Assembly (NCBI RefSeq): GCF_018350175.1
Contig: NC_058370.1
Span: 15,128,001 to 15,192,000 of the forward strand
Source: Felis catus
Lineage: Eukaryota
Direction of reading: 5' to 3'
Length of the DNA stretch: 64,000 bases
Position 1 is the stretch's first letter, and every line of letters starts with the position of its first letter. The notes under the pieces were generated by a model. That model saw nothing but the letters and a program-made list of their open reading frames with translations. It was not told where the DNA came from and did no database searches. This document shows positions 49,701 through 64,000 of this stretch, in pieces. Position numbers and translations under genes: made by a program.

Positions 49701-52700
49701 ATGCTGAGTTTGAAATATCTATGGGACAATCAGGTAGAGTCATGTAGATGTTTATTTATAGGTCTAGAAAGGAATTTTTAAAATTTTAATTAATTTAGAG
49801 ATTGGGGGGGGAGGAGCAGAGAAACAGGGAGACAGAGAATCCCAAGCAGGCTCTGCACCATCAGTGCGGAGCCTGACGTGAGGCTTGAACTCATGAACCA
49901 TGAGATCATGACCTAAGCCAAAACCAAGAGTTGCATGCTTAACCAAATGAACCACCCAGGTGCCCCAAAAGGAATTTTAAATAATAATAATGGTGATACT
50001 ACTAAACAAATAAAAACACTTGTTCGAAGCACAGTGCTGAGCACATTACACTTAAATCATTTTATGCTCATAATGACTTGACAAAGAGGTATTCAAATTA
50101 CCCCCCAAAGAGGGGAGAAAAGTTCTCAGGTATTCAGAATAGGAAACCTTTACACATCTGTGCACTAGAGAGAGCCAGAGGGATTGTGATGCAGGAAAGA
50201 CCTGTCCGTGAATCTTTGTCCTTCTTAATTTTTTACTGCTGTGTCCCTCTCACCTTCATGTACTTGTTGAAGACAGTCTGGATCTCCTCATTGATGCTAG
50301 GCTGGAGAACAGCTCGGAGGAGGTCCATGGAGATAGCAGGATCTGTGAAACTGCATTCAGGAGGGAGACATAGTTAGGGGTCATGTCCCAAACATATCTT
50401 TCCTGGTCTGCCCAGACAATTATTGACACAAACTCCTTTATTTATTTATTAAAAAAAATTTTTTTTTAATGTTTATTTATTTCTGAGACAGAGCATGAGT
50501 GAGGGAGGGGCAGAGAGAGAGGGAGACACAGAATCAGAAGCAGGCTCCAGGCTCTGAGCTGTCAGTGCAGAGCCTGACGCGGGGCTCGAACCCACGAACC
50601 ATGAGATCATGACCTGAGCTGAAGTTGGACACTCAACCGACTGAGCCACCCAGGTGCCCCTATGTTTATTTATTCTTGAGACAGAGACAGAGCATGAACA
50701 GGGGAGGGGCAGAGAGAGAGGGAGACACAGAATCCGAAATGGGCTCCAGGCTCTGAGCTGTCAGCACAGAGATCATGACCTGAGCCGAAGTCGAACGCTC
50801 AATCAACTGAGCCACCCAGACGCCCCTGACACAAACTCCTTTAATGAGAATAATAGATAGGTTCTACTGAAAACAAGCTGTGTGCCCAGATGTAGTATGC
50901 ACTACATAGATGTATGGCTTTATTCCATTTTCATAATAACCTGTGAAATGAGCATTACTTTTCTAAAAAAATTATTTTTTTAATTTACACCCAAGTTAGT
51001 TAGCATATAGTGCAACAATGATTTCAGGAGTAGGTTCCTTAATGCCCCTTACCCATTTAGCCCATCCCCCTTCCCACAACTCCTCCAGCAACCCTGTTTG
51101 CTCTCTATATTTAAGAGTCTCTTATGTTTTGTCCCCCTTCCTGTTTTTATATTATTTTTGCTTCCCTTCCCTCATTTTCATCTGTTTTGTACCTTAAATT
51201 CCTCATATGATATTTGTCTTTCTCTGACTAATTTCACTTAGCATAATACCCTCTAGTTCCATCCACGTAGTTGCAAAAGATTTCATTCTTTTTTACTGCT
51301 GAGTAATACTCCATCATGTGTGTGTGTATGTGTATGCATATATATATACCGCATCTTCTTTATCCATTTATCCATCGATGGATATTTGAGCTCTTTCCAT
51401 ACTTTGGCTATTGTTGATAGTGCTGCTATAAACATTGGGGTGCATGTGCCCCTTCGAAACAGCACACCTGTATCCCTTGGATAAATACCTAGTAGTGCTA
51501 TTGCTCGGTTGTAGGGTAGTTATATTTTTAATTTTTTGAGGAACCTCCATACTATTTTCCAGAGTGGCTGCACCAGTTTGCATTCCCACCAGTAGTGCAA
51601 AAGAGATCCTCTTTCTCTGCATCCTCGCCAACATCTGTTGTCGCCTGGGTTGTTAATGTTAGCCATCCTGACAGGTGTGAGGTGGTATCTCATTGTGGTT
51701 TTGATTTGTATTTCCCTGATGATGAGTGAAGTTGAGCATTTTTTCATGTGTCAGTTGGCCATCTGGATGTCTTCTTTGGAGAAGACATTCATGTCTTTTG
51801 CCCATGAAATGAGCATTCTTCTTCTTTTTTTAAAATGTTTTATTTATTTTTGACAGAGACAGAGCACGAGCGGGGGAGGGGCAGAGAGAGAGGGAGACAC
51901 AGAATCCGAAGCAGGCTCCAGGCTCTGAGCTGTCAGCACAGAGCCTGACGCAGGGCTCGAACTCACAGACCGCAAGATCATGACCTGAGCCCAAGTCAGA
52001 CGCTCAACCTACTGAGCCACCCAGGCGCCCCGAAATGAGCATTATTCTTAAAGTGTTTTATGACATACAAAATCTATATGCTTTAACAAATAGTTTTAGT
52101 GAACATCCATTTAATCACTACCCAAGTCAAGAAATATAATCATCCTATAGGCCTATCTTGTACTCTCTCCCTTCACGGAGATAAATACTACTAGCCCCAC
52201 TTTTTTCTGAACCTCCATGCTATTCTTCCTTTTTAGCAGTATATTTATTAATTTTTTTAATGTTTATTTATTTTTGAGAGAGAGAGAGAGAGAGAGTAAG
52301 TAGGGGACGGGCAGAGAGAGAGGCACAGCATCCAAAGCAAGCTCTACGCTCCGAGCTGTCAGCACACAGCCCAATGAGGGGCTGGAACCCATGAACTATG
52401 AGATCATGACCTGAGCCGAAGTTGGACGCTTAACCGACTGGGCCACCCAGGCGTCCCTCTGGATCTCTTTATAGCCCTCAGCCACAGAGCCAGTGAGTGT
52501 TAGGGATCTTAGGCACGGTTGAATCCATGACTACCCCTCATTTGGTACATCAGTTCAGAGGAGACAATGATTCAGCCAAGGTCACACAGAGTTACAGAAT
52601 CTTAGTCTCCTCTTTCTTAGTCCAGTGCTCTTTCCAATGGCTCATTATCTCTTCTCAGCTCGGTGCAGTGGGGACCCCAAAGGTGCCATCCAAGCCAATG

Positions 52701-53466
52701 CCTGGGAGGTAAATACGCAAGACCAGCCTTACCTTGTCGTCATCTGTGAGCGGCGGCCCCTTCGCTGCACCTGCCGGTGCTTTATCATTATGTTCCAAGG
52801 GTTCTGTGGGGACCAAGGGAACGGGTGTCACTGAGGTCCATGACACTGGGGTGGAGGGTGGAGATGAACTTAAACGTAAACATCCCCGCTTCTCTGGGAC
52901 GGGGTTGGCGGGAGGGCAGCGGTTGAAAGGCCCTGCCCGGGAGGAGGAACTGAAGAAAAGTTTCCTGCCTCGAAAGGTCCCAACCCCACCTTTTCTGGAA
53001 CGGCAGGAGGAAGGTAACCAGTGTTTACCGAGGGGCTGGCTACTCTGGGGCCGGTGGTGTGCTGGGCGCTTTCCTCGTACTTACACCCCATCCCCACAAC
53101 TTTATGAGGCAGGCACTAATCATCTCCATTTTACAGAAGAGGAAACTGGAGCTCAGGGGTTGGCAGGACTTGCTCACGTCACCTAGCTAGGAAGGCGGCA
53201 TCAGAATTTGAATCCAGGTCGTTGGACTGCGAAAACGCCAACTCCCTGGGCAGCAGCACCAGCCGCCGCGTTCTCCCACCCGCGGGCCAGGGTCCCGGGA
53301 GCCCGAGGCCCAGCCGGCCCGAGCCCAGGCCCAGCCCTGGCCTCCCCGGGGGCGCCCTCACCGTGAGAACCAGCTGCCCCGCTGCGCCCGCGTCGCCCAG
53401 GTCGGGGCCGCCCCGCTCTGCCCCGCTGGGTCCCCGCGGCTGCTCGGCGTCGCCAGTGGCCCCCAT
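26721..53466 (-). CDS. DNTTIP1: Deoxynucleotidyltransferase terminal-interacting protein 1 (MiDAC HDAC1/2 complex subunit), 329 aa
   Basis: 13 exons: 53466-53362, 52803-52733, 50350-50254, 42928-42830, 36426-36358, 36096-36040, 35789-35731, 34864-34819, 32585-32527, 32424-32364, 28825-28754, 27026-26971 and 26859-26721. Total 990 nt, all GT-AG. Peptides [53 protein letters not shown] and EAPPQT*. Confidence 0.97.
27760..27948 (+). mobile_element. CAN-SINE
   Basis: Resembles the CAN-SINE consensus. Confidence 0.88.
29845..30050. mobile_element. MER58-like hAT transposon fossil
   Basis: TAAAGGGCCAG...TATTTTA..CTTTGC.GGCCA and GGATTTGGCCC motifs. Confidence 0.55.
30067..30339 (+). mobile_element. 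CAN-SINE whose tail has become a (GAAA)n microsatellite
   Basis: TSD GAATGTTAGCTCTGTG; (GAAA)n at ~30275-30335. Confidence 0.9.
30493..30585 (-). mobile_element. 5'-truncated CAN-SINE
   Basis: Tail and linker only, with TSD AACACTATGTACTTA. Confidence 0.8.
30648..30695. repeat. (CA)n microsatellite
   Basis: Read directly. Confidence 0.9.
33824..34039 (-). mobile_element. CAN-SINE adjacent to the U2 fragment
   Basis: Resembles the consensus; TSD GGAGGTG(G/A)AA...TTTCT. Confidence 0.9.
34058..34090 (-). pseudogene. 3'-truncated U2 snRNA retropseudogene (U2 nt 1-33)
   Basis: Reverse complement of ATCGCTTCTCGGCCTTTTGGCTAAGATCAAGTG with one CpG-type mismatch, flanked by direct repeats GGAGGTGAAA(T/C)ATTTCT. 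Confidence 0.9.
34481..34549 (+). mobile_element. Very short 5'-truncated L1 3' end with poly(A)
   Basis: CCTGAAACCAGTATTACACTGTATGTTAACTAACTAGAATTTAAATAAAAAC plus A-tail, with TSD AAAGATTAAATG on both sides. Confidence 0.7.
36581..37240. mobile_element. Tigger2/MER8-like DNA transposon fossil, interrupted by the gap and by two nested SINEs (+ ~36843-36930, - ~36931-37150)
   Basis: Terminal TGTTCAAGGGTCAACTGTA at ~37222-37240, internal GTTATTGGTAAGG...TAGTAGTTAAGTTTT, degenerate left end TACGATTGAC. Confidence 0.65.
36590..36745. other. Sequence gap (156 N) in DNTTIP1 intron 4
   Basis: Run of N. Confidence 0.99.
40456..40806 (-). mobile_element. Two tandem CAN-SINEs
   Basis: Resemble the CAN-SINE consensus. 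Confidence 0.87.
41686..41862 (+). mobile_element. CAN-SINE with poly(C) linker
   Basis: TSD AAAAAAGCATTCT. Confidence 0.87.
43097..43542. mobile_element. Tail-to-tail inverted CAN-SINE pair
   Basis: + copy ~43097-43332 inserted in the tail of a - copy ~43333-43542; outer TSD AGATCAGACAGATTTA. Confidence 0.9.
46676..46710. repeat. (CA)n microsatellite
   Basis: Read directly. Confidence 0.9.
48322..48407. repeat. Compound (TAGAA)n(TAAAA)n pentanucleotide microsatellite
   Basis: Read directly. Confidence 0.92.
50961..51804 (-). mobile_element. LINE-1 3' fragment (carnivore L1: ORF2 C-terminus plus 3' UTR), degenerate
   Basis: Peptides [29 protein letters not shown]...[12 protein letters not shown] and [18 protein letters not shown] are L1 ORF2-like. 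TSD TGAAATGAGCATT at 50944 and 51805. Confidence 0.92.
51821..52457 (-). mobile_element. Two CAN-SINEs (~51821-52031 and ~52244-52457)
   Basis: Resemble the CAN-SINE consensus. Confidence 0.88.
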
Positions 53467-53850
53467 GGCTCCCCCGGCCCCAACAACTTCAGACCGACTC
53501 TACCACCGTCCGGAAAGTGGCCTCGTGACGTCATTGCAGCGCGCCGTTCGCCGGCCCGGAAGCGCGCCGCGGGGAGCTGCGGCGTTTCCATGGGAACCAA
53601 AAGGCTGCGTCTCGCCAGGGTCTGAGACGCCTACAGGCGCTGTGTGCGCGGTCGCCGGGGCTGCGTCCGGGGCGGGGCCGCGCCTCCGGTGTAGGCTGTG
53701 GGTGTTTGGTCCCGGAACGCTCCCGGTTGGGTCAAGGCCGGTGGAGAAGTGTGGGGCAGGAGGAGGGCAGCAGGCTCCCTGGGCTGGGGTTGGGGAGCGG
53801 AGGGGAGCACAGCGGCGCCTACAGTCCAGTCTTTGAAAGCCGTAGAGTTT
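53230..53850. promoter_or_regulatory. CpG island; bidirectional DNTTIP1/WFDC3 promoter region
   Basis: CpG-dense. Full CRE TGACGTCA 53526-53533, ETS CCGGAAG 53556-53562, X-box-like GTTTCCATGGGAAC 53584-53597 and a GC box ~53670. Confidence 0.75.
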
Positions 53851-54099
53851 AATATGCCTCGTACTCATCCCCCCCGGAATGGAGGGAGTGGGCCTACTAC
53901 GAGGACCCGATAACCCAACAAGAGGGGGTCTGGCCCATGCCGTCCCAAACGCTTACCCACCGGGGCCCTCCAGGCCTAGACGCCAGGGGCTGCCTCTAGC
54001 ATCTGAAGGCATCATAATGAAGGTTGGGTCTTGGGCTGTGGACTCCCCAAGCCCCAGGGAGCTGGGCTTCTATCCCCAGAGGGGTGATTCTGGGATGGG

Positions 54100-54153
54100 C
54101 AGGGGATGCAAGGGGTTAACAGCTATGGAGCTCCTCTTAGCTCTGGCTTAGAG
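54100..54153 (+). other. Candidate 3' end of a WFDC3 non-coding 5' exon
   Basis: Strong donor GAG|GTAAGA at 54153/54154 upstream of the acceptor at 55606; exon start not determinable. Confidence 0.35.
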
Positions 54154-55083
54154 GTAAGAGGTCCGTGAAGAGAACTGGATCGATTTATGGGTGGTAGAGA
54201 AAGTTCCTTTTACCAGGTCACAATATAGGGGAGTAAAAAGTACACGAGTTTTACATGTAGAAAGATCTGAGTTCCAATTCAATATGATATGGTGATTAAC
54301 AACGTTGACTATGCAATTGGGCTGCCTACCTTCGGTCTACTACTAACTGACCCACGTTTCTTTCTGTGCCTCAGTTTTTCCATCTGTAGAGTGGGGATAA
54401 TAGTACCTAACCTATAAGATTGCAGTGAGGATTAACTACATGCAGTTAATTCATGTAGAGCACTTAGAACTGTGGCGCAAGTAAACCCTCAGGGAATGTC
54501 ATCTATTGTTACTATTAGTAAATTCTGGTAGCCACTACTTACTAGCTTAATGACCTTGGGCATTCTTTCTCAACCCCTCTGAATCACCTTTCTTACCTCT
54601 GCAAGATTATTGTGAGGATTAAAATAAATAATACAAATAAAGCAGATGTTAGGTCGTCAACAAATGTTAATTATCTCCATGCTCCCACATCAGCCTTAAA
54701 ACGATGAGGCAACTATATGGCACCAAACTCTGTGGCTCTATTAAGGAGATTTTTACTTTGGGCCTTGAATTTCCTCTGCCCTTTAACCTTACTGGGCTAA
54801 GCAGCGTCAGTGGATACCATTAAATATCATGCCTGCCTAAAGTCGCAAATAGTACAGACAGATAAAGTAAAAAGAAGCAGAGGAAGAGGAGATAAAGAAA
54901 GGAGGGTATATATTGTCTAGACTACTTGAGTCATAGCAACTTCTTTTGGATTCTGTCAGCTTGCTTTCACACAATCTAAAAATGGCCTGTATGGCTAGAG
55001 GGACCAAGATGTAGGTTTTTGGTGCATTTGTATTAGTTGTGAACAAACTCAAACATGGCTTTACTGTAGGTTTTTTGTTTTTT

Positions 55084-55084
<1 letters not shown>

Positions 55085-55127
<43 letters not shown>
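55085..55127. repeat. (GT)n microsatellite
   Basis: Read directly. Confidence 0.9.
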
Positions 55128-55133
<6 letters not shown>

Positions 55134-55585
55134 GGTTTCTAAGTAGTCTGTTCCATTCTCTGTTTTCTGGGTCGCTAGGATGAACAGGAGACACAGTACA
55201 TTTTATTAGCTTTGGTTATTATTAAGTCGTGTCTCTGGTCCTTCCCTCTGTCACTTTGGCTGCGGCTGGGTCCTTCCAGAGGCTCCTTTATCTAGTGGCC
55301 CTCCCTACATTTCCCCAGCTACTGAACAGGTTCCTCATCATTGTCCAGGGATGTTGTGTGTATTGCATTACAGAGTCTGATCACCATCATCACATGGGCC
55401 TTTTGGGAGTGCCAGGAATTTTCCCACACACCAGCGACCAGTCACTTTTCTTTTTGTCAGGAGAAGACATCCTGGGGGATATTGCACAAGGGGAGACTTT
55501 GGGGCTGGGTTTGGGCCAGTCTCCTAGTCCTGCCCTTCCTTTGGTTGATGCTCTGGGCAAGGTGTATACCTCCGGCCTGGACTAA

Positions 55586-58955
<3,370 letters not shown>

Positions 58956-59979
58956 TAAGTGCCTGCCATGTTCTGAGAACTTTTCTAAAAAAAGATAGAC
59001 GAAGGGTTACCAGCCATGATGATCTGTGGTATGTGGTCCAGGCAGGCAGAGGAGGCTGGCAGAGTGGAAATCTTGGCGTGTCCTTATTGGCAGGCAGATT
59101 TGAAAGCTGTTGGCTAATTCTCAGTTCCCCTTGTCAGCTGCAGTCTTCTCTATTAATTCTTAGCTCGAGAATCCGCAGGGAGACAGCAAGATAGAATCTC
59201 GGTACCTATGCAAGGCAGCGAGCGTTTCCCTGCTCACTTGCTTCTGAGGCCTTATGTCCCCTCTGTCCGCACCTAGGATGGCCATCTCCTACTGGAAATG
59301 TGCCCTGTTTTATTCTGGTTCTGGTAGAGAGGTGTTTGAAAGAGATTTCCCCTGCCTTTTGCAGGATTCTCATGCCCCAAATTCTCCGTTTACACATTAT
59401 GTCTTCACCAATTATTTGTTGAATGTTTATTGTTTCCTAGATCTAGCATGGGCTCCGGGTATATTGTGGTTAACAAAGGGGCTCCCATCCCGGCCTTCTT
59501 GGAGCTCATGGTCTGGTGCGGGAGAAAGAGGTTTCCCAGATGAGCAGGTGAACATACACTTTCCAACTGTGAGAAGGATATGGAGGAAAACTAATGGGTG
59601 CTGAGAGAGAGAAAGAGGGGGTGCTGGCTTTGGACTGGGTGGTCAAGGAAGGCCTGTCTGGGGCAGTGACATTTCACCTGGAGTTGAGGTTAGCCAGGCG
59701 AAGGGTGTGATGAGCATCCCAGGAGCTTTGCCACATTAGAGAAATCGAAAGAAAGCTGGTACAGTTGAGGTAGAGACAGGGAGGGACCGGATGCTTCTTG
59801 CTGAGGATGGAGTCCAGTCAGACCAGGGGGTTGGCAGTGGGGACGCAGGAAAGGTGACACAGTGGAGAGAATTTGGAGGTCCGGAGGTGGAAGTGACAGA
59901 ACTTTCTGCTTGATTGCTTGCCTCCTCCTTCGTTCCCTGAGAGGCCCTCCCCCGCCCTCCGCCCCCACCTAAGGTATTA

Positions 59980-60300
59980 GGAATTGACGATGTGTCTGTC
60001 TCCTGTGTCTAGCTCCTTCTCATTTCTCTCTTGTTTCCAGATTTTTATGGTTAATTTTGCTTGTTTGTGCTTCCAAATATATTTTATTATCATACTGTCT
60101 ATCACTCCCCCCCCCCCCCCCCATACAGAGGCTTTTTTTATTGGAGAGGTGTTAGATGTATACATTAATTTAGGGACAGCTGATATTTTTATGTTGAATC
60201 TTTGTCTTCCCCCTGTCCAAGTGTATTTGGTGTGTTTCAGGGTATTTTATAGTTTTAAAATACTGTTTGATAGAGTTTATTATCTTCTTTGTTGTCTTAA
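59980..60300 (-). mobile_element. Ancient L1M fragment
   Basis: Degenerate peptide IIKYIWKHKQAKLTIKIWK resembles the L1 ORF2 segment ILKFIWNQKRARIAKTILK. Confidence 0.5.
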
Positions 60301-61565
60301 ATGGGGTCTTACATCATTCCTCCCATTATGTTTTCTGAAGAAACTGGAACCATTCTCTCCTCTGAGTGCATGTGGCAGAATATTACAGTAGAAAAGAGTA
60401 GGTTTTGGTTGTCAGAGAGCCGGGTTCAAACCTGAAGGCTCACCAGTTACTGGCCAGCATGTCCCTGGTCAAGTGTCTTCTGCTTCCCCAAGCCTCAGTT
60501 CCCTTCTCTATAAAATGGAAAGAATAAGCCTCGGAGGTTGTTGCAATGATTCAAAGTATGTAAGGTGTTTAGTAATACATTACACATTAGCTTCCTTCCT
60601 CTCGCCTACTAAGGCGGGCTTCATCAGGAGTACAGTTTCTAACCAACTCCTTTTGTCACGAATCAGGATTGCTTTCTCCTCCCCTGATCACTCCCTTTCT
60701 GAGACCCCGAAACTCCACACAACATGTGACAATCTCTTTCCTTCTGGCCAAACCTCCCCAGGCGGTGGGCCCCTTCCCTGTAACCCAGTGGGGCTGTGTC
60801 TGGCTTAGGCAGATCTTTTGGGCGCCCTGCCCATAAAAGAGAATAGAGGGTTGTACTCCTTGCCAGGACTCTTGAGGCCCAGCTCTGGAAACAGAGCCTG
60901 GGAATCTGTGTTAGGCGGGTCACTCCCTGCCAGCCGGTAGGGCCCAGCACAATCTTCCCAGTGTGTGAAGCTGATGGCTGAATTACGGGGGCCGAGGGTG
61001 CGGCTGGCACCCAGGCAAGGCACTTTGTGAGCTGCTCTGGGGCCTGGCCAGCCCTGATGGGGATTCCTCGTCCCTTCGAGCCAGGCAGGCTGCAGTAGTG
61101 ATCCCCCTGAAGATCTCCCAGAGTGCACTGGCCGAGTGGGGTTCCTAGACTGGCCGGCAGCGATCCTGGTTGCTGTGTCCATAGTTCATGACTTTTCTAT
61201 AGCTTCAGTCCTGCACTGGCCCACTCACCCAATGGGACTGGTTGCTATACTCAAGGTCACAGGAAGCCGTCTGTCTTGGGCTCTGGGTGGTTCCTGCTTT
61301 CCCTCAGTTCTGACATTGCCAGAGGTTTACCATCGTCAGTGCTGGTCTGTTTGGTACAGTGGAGGGACAGTCAAGCCTCCAGAGGGCTCAGGGCAGACTC
61401 TGGGACCTGCTCCCCTCAGGCAGTTCTCGTCTGCACCTGCATCTGAGTCTTGGCTTCTCTGCTTTCTGTGTGGCCTCGGGCAAGTCCTTTCATCTCTCTG
61501 AACCTCACCTCTCTCATCTGTAAAAGTGGAGATGAGGAAGTTTACCTCAAAGTGTGGTAATGTAG

Positions 61566-61898
61566 TGCCTTAGTCCTTTGGGCTGCGCTAACAGAGTGTC
61601 ATGGGCTGAGTAGCTTATAAATGACAGCAATTAATTTCTTATGATTCTGGGGGCTGAGAAGTCCAAGATTAAGGTGCCAGCGTAGTCTGGTGTGGGCCAG
61701 CTTCCCGGTTCACACACTGCTGTGTTTTCACCGTGACCTCACATGGCGGAAGGGCAATACGGGCATCATCCCATTCGTGGGGGCTCCCCTCTCCTGACCT
61801 CATCACCTCCCGAAGGCCCCATCTCCTAAAACCATCACATTGCGGGTTAGATTTCAAGATACGAATTTTAGGGGGATACAAACATTCAGTCTGTATCA
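61566..61898 (-). mobile_element. MaLR solo LTR (MLT1A-like)
   Basis: TG..CTTAGTCC...GGCTG...AAGTCCAAGAT.AAGGTGCCAGC...GGGGATACAAACATTCAG..CA pattern typical of MLT1. Confidence 0.75.
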
Positions 61899-62098
61899 TA
61901 CAGTTTGGAAGAGATGTATTTAAAAAGCCGGAACAAAACCTACCAAATAATGCTTAACAGCTCAGACTGTGATGCCAGTGCCTCCCTGTTCAGCTTTCCA
62001 CCTGTCTGAAGTCTGGCCTGTTTGCTCACTCACTTATTTGCTCATTGGAAGTACAGAAGTGTGGAAGGAGAGTCCTGGTCCAGTTTTCATTCAAAAAA

Positions 62099-62157
62099 AT
62101 TATTTTATTTTTTAGACAAAGCATGCACATGGGCAGGGGAGGGGCAGAGGGAGGGAG

Positions 62158-62202
<45 letters not shown>

Positions 62203-62325
62203 TCCTGAGCAGGTTCCATGCTCAGAGCACAGCCCGATGGGGAACTCCATCCTACGACCCTGGGATCATGACCTGAGCTAAAATTGAGTCGGATGCTCAA
62301 CCAACTTAGCCACTCAGATGTCCCC
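62099..62325 (-). mobile_element. CAN-SINE
   Basis: Resembles the consensus, with (GA)n. Confidence 0.85.
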
Positions 62326-62837
62326 GGTTTTCATTTTAAAATCACCACCCTGCTGGTGTATGAAGAATGGATGGGGGCAAATGTAGCAGATGGCAGGCCA
62401 GTTAAGAGGCTGTTGTGGCAGGCTGGGGGAGAGGTGAGCACGGTTTAGACCAGGGTGGTGACGGTGTGGACGTGGGAAACTGGCAGACTTGGAGTACTTT
62501 TCAAGGTCGAGTTGACAGGTGAAGAAGCAAGTGGATGTGGGTGCTGAGGGAGAGGAAGTGTCAAGAACAGTGCTTAGGTGTGTGGCTTGAATAAGTTGAG
62601 TGATGGGAGCACTTGGGGAGGAAGAGGTATTGGAGCAAAGATTCAGATTATGGTCTAAGAGTTGTCTCCTTGGATCCCTCATGGTCCCCTCTCTCACACC
62701 ATGAAACGTGATCACTCTCCATCACCTGTGACCACTGTTTTGCTTATTACAACATGTGTATTATGTCCTTTGGACAGATGGGTGGCATGGGCTCCCTGTG
62801 TGCTTGGATGACCTTTTCCTGAAACCTCACTGCTGGT

Positions 62838-63258
62838 TGTTGAGAAAAGAGTTAATGTAGCAGGCCTGAGATTGATGTTCTTAGAAAGGCCTGCCTGTAA
62901 CATTGGCCCTGGCTGGCTTCTGGGAAGTTAGATTTTTGAGAGTGTTCCTACCACTGTAACTGGTAAGAGTCATATCTGCTAGGCAGAGAGTGCCCCGTAA
63001 AAACCCTGAGTCTCTCGTGAGCATTCCTGGGAGACAACACTTCACACGTGTTTTCATGTGTCATGTGATTCCACCGGAAGAAGACTGTTGGTGCCTGGTT
63101 TCTTCTGGGCTTTGCCTCATGCACCTTTTCCCTTAGATGATTTTGCTTTGTATCCTTCTGCTGTAATAAATCATGGCCATGAGTCCAACTGTACTCTGAG
63201 TCTTGTGAATCCTAGCAAATCACCCAGCCTAGGAGTTGTCTTTGAGACTCCCAACACA
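62838..63258 (+). mobile_element. Solo ERV LTR (MER21-like)
   Basis: TG...CA termini, internal AATAAA (~63165), 5-bp TSD CTGGT at 62833-62837 and 63259-63263. Confidence 0.75.
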
Positions 63259-64000
63259 CTGGTTTATTGATACATTTTCCTAATCCCTAAAACTTTCTAC
63301 CACTAGGTCTTCTCTTTTGTCAGAATTGAGCTAAGCAAGTCCTAGCTCTTATTGATTCATTTTTGGGTAATCCTCGTGGAATGTAGGGAGTCGATGTGGT
63401 TTAAAGGGCACCGGATCTAGTGTCAGGGCTGGGAATTTGGGACCCAATTCTGCCACCATTGACCTCAGGCCAATCCTGCCCCCTCTTCCTGGATGTCTGT
63501 CTGTCTGTTTGCAAGAGAAGTGGGTTTGATAGCTCTGAGGGCCTGTCTTGGCTTAAGAAGTTTTGAGGTTTTACTTTTCTGCCAGCACCTGGAGTCCTTC
63601 CCTCAGATACAGTGGAAGGTTGGAGCTGGAGCAGCAGTAAAGCCTATGTCTGAGGATTTCCTGGGCTTCATTTTTTTATTCCACTTTTTTTTGGTGATAG
63701 CTTGGGGTCTTGGGATAGAGACATATTTGCAGGGTGGGGATGACCATTCCCATCCTGACTCTCTTCCCTATTTCTCATCCTGGTTCCTGGTAAGATAACT
63801 GTGAGGTGCCTAGAAACCATGCGGTATGAGGAACTAAACTTACCTAGTCTGGGAAAGCTGAGATGGTGAAGGGCAGAGGATCCTATCTAAGGGGGATGGC
63901 ACAAGCCATGTTTTCCTCAGGTCTCTGGGGATAGGACAAGGGCCAATGGATAGAACTTCTAGAAAGCCAGATTTCAGTTGAGTATAAAGTACAAGGATGG

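Larger units (their letters stand above)
43764..50826. mobile_element. Dense CAN-SINE cluster (about 15 copies, both orientations) with L1ME/L2 remnants in DNTTIP1 introns 2-3
   Basis: Copies near 43764+, 44060-, 44875+, 45070-, 45247-, 45460-, 46254+, 46433+, 47220-, 48421+, 48782+, 49190-, 49775-, 50440- and 50660-. Confidence 0.85.

Noticed and set aside
53222-53868. 204-aa and 122-aa ORFs across the DNTTIP1/WFDC3 promoter
   Set aside because: CpG-island artefacts
60755-60810. Cys-containing stretch GGPLPCNPVGLCLA* as a possible further WFDC3 exon
   Set aside because: Lacks the 8-Cys WAP pattern and stops early; resemblance too weak

Overview
Mammalian genomic DNA, almost certainly from a felid (abundant cat-type CAN-SINEs and a carnivore L1 fragment), syntenic with human 20q13.12. 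Six spliced protein-coding genes can be assembled exon by exon: ACOT8 (+, last four exons, ending in the SKL peroxisomal signal), SNX21 (-, complete CDS, one GC-AG intron), TNNC2 (+, complete, 160 aa), UBE2C (-, complete structure, but a 156-N gap hides most of exon 4), DNTTIP1 (-, 13 exons, 329 aa) and WFDC3 (+, first three coding exons, head-to-head with DNTTIP1). The rest is introns and intergenic DNA full of SINEs, L1/L2/MIR remnants, LTRs, DNA-transposon fossils and microsatellites. I found no convincing new gene system. The most notable non-obvious items are: two tailless U2 snRNA 5'-fragments with target-site duplications (TSDs); an unidentified polyadenylated retrocopy nested in a SINE tail; target sites reused by successive insertions; the interlocking ACOT8/SNX21 3' ends; and two N gaps of identical length. 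Comparisons with human proteins and repeat families are from memory, not from a database search. Repeat boundaries are approximate.
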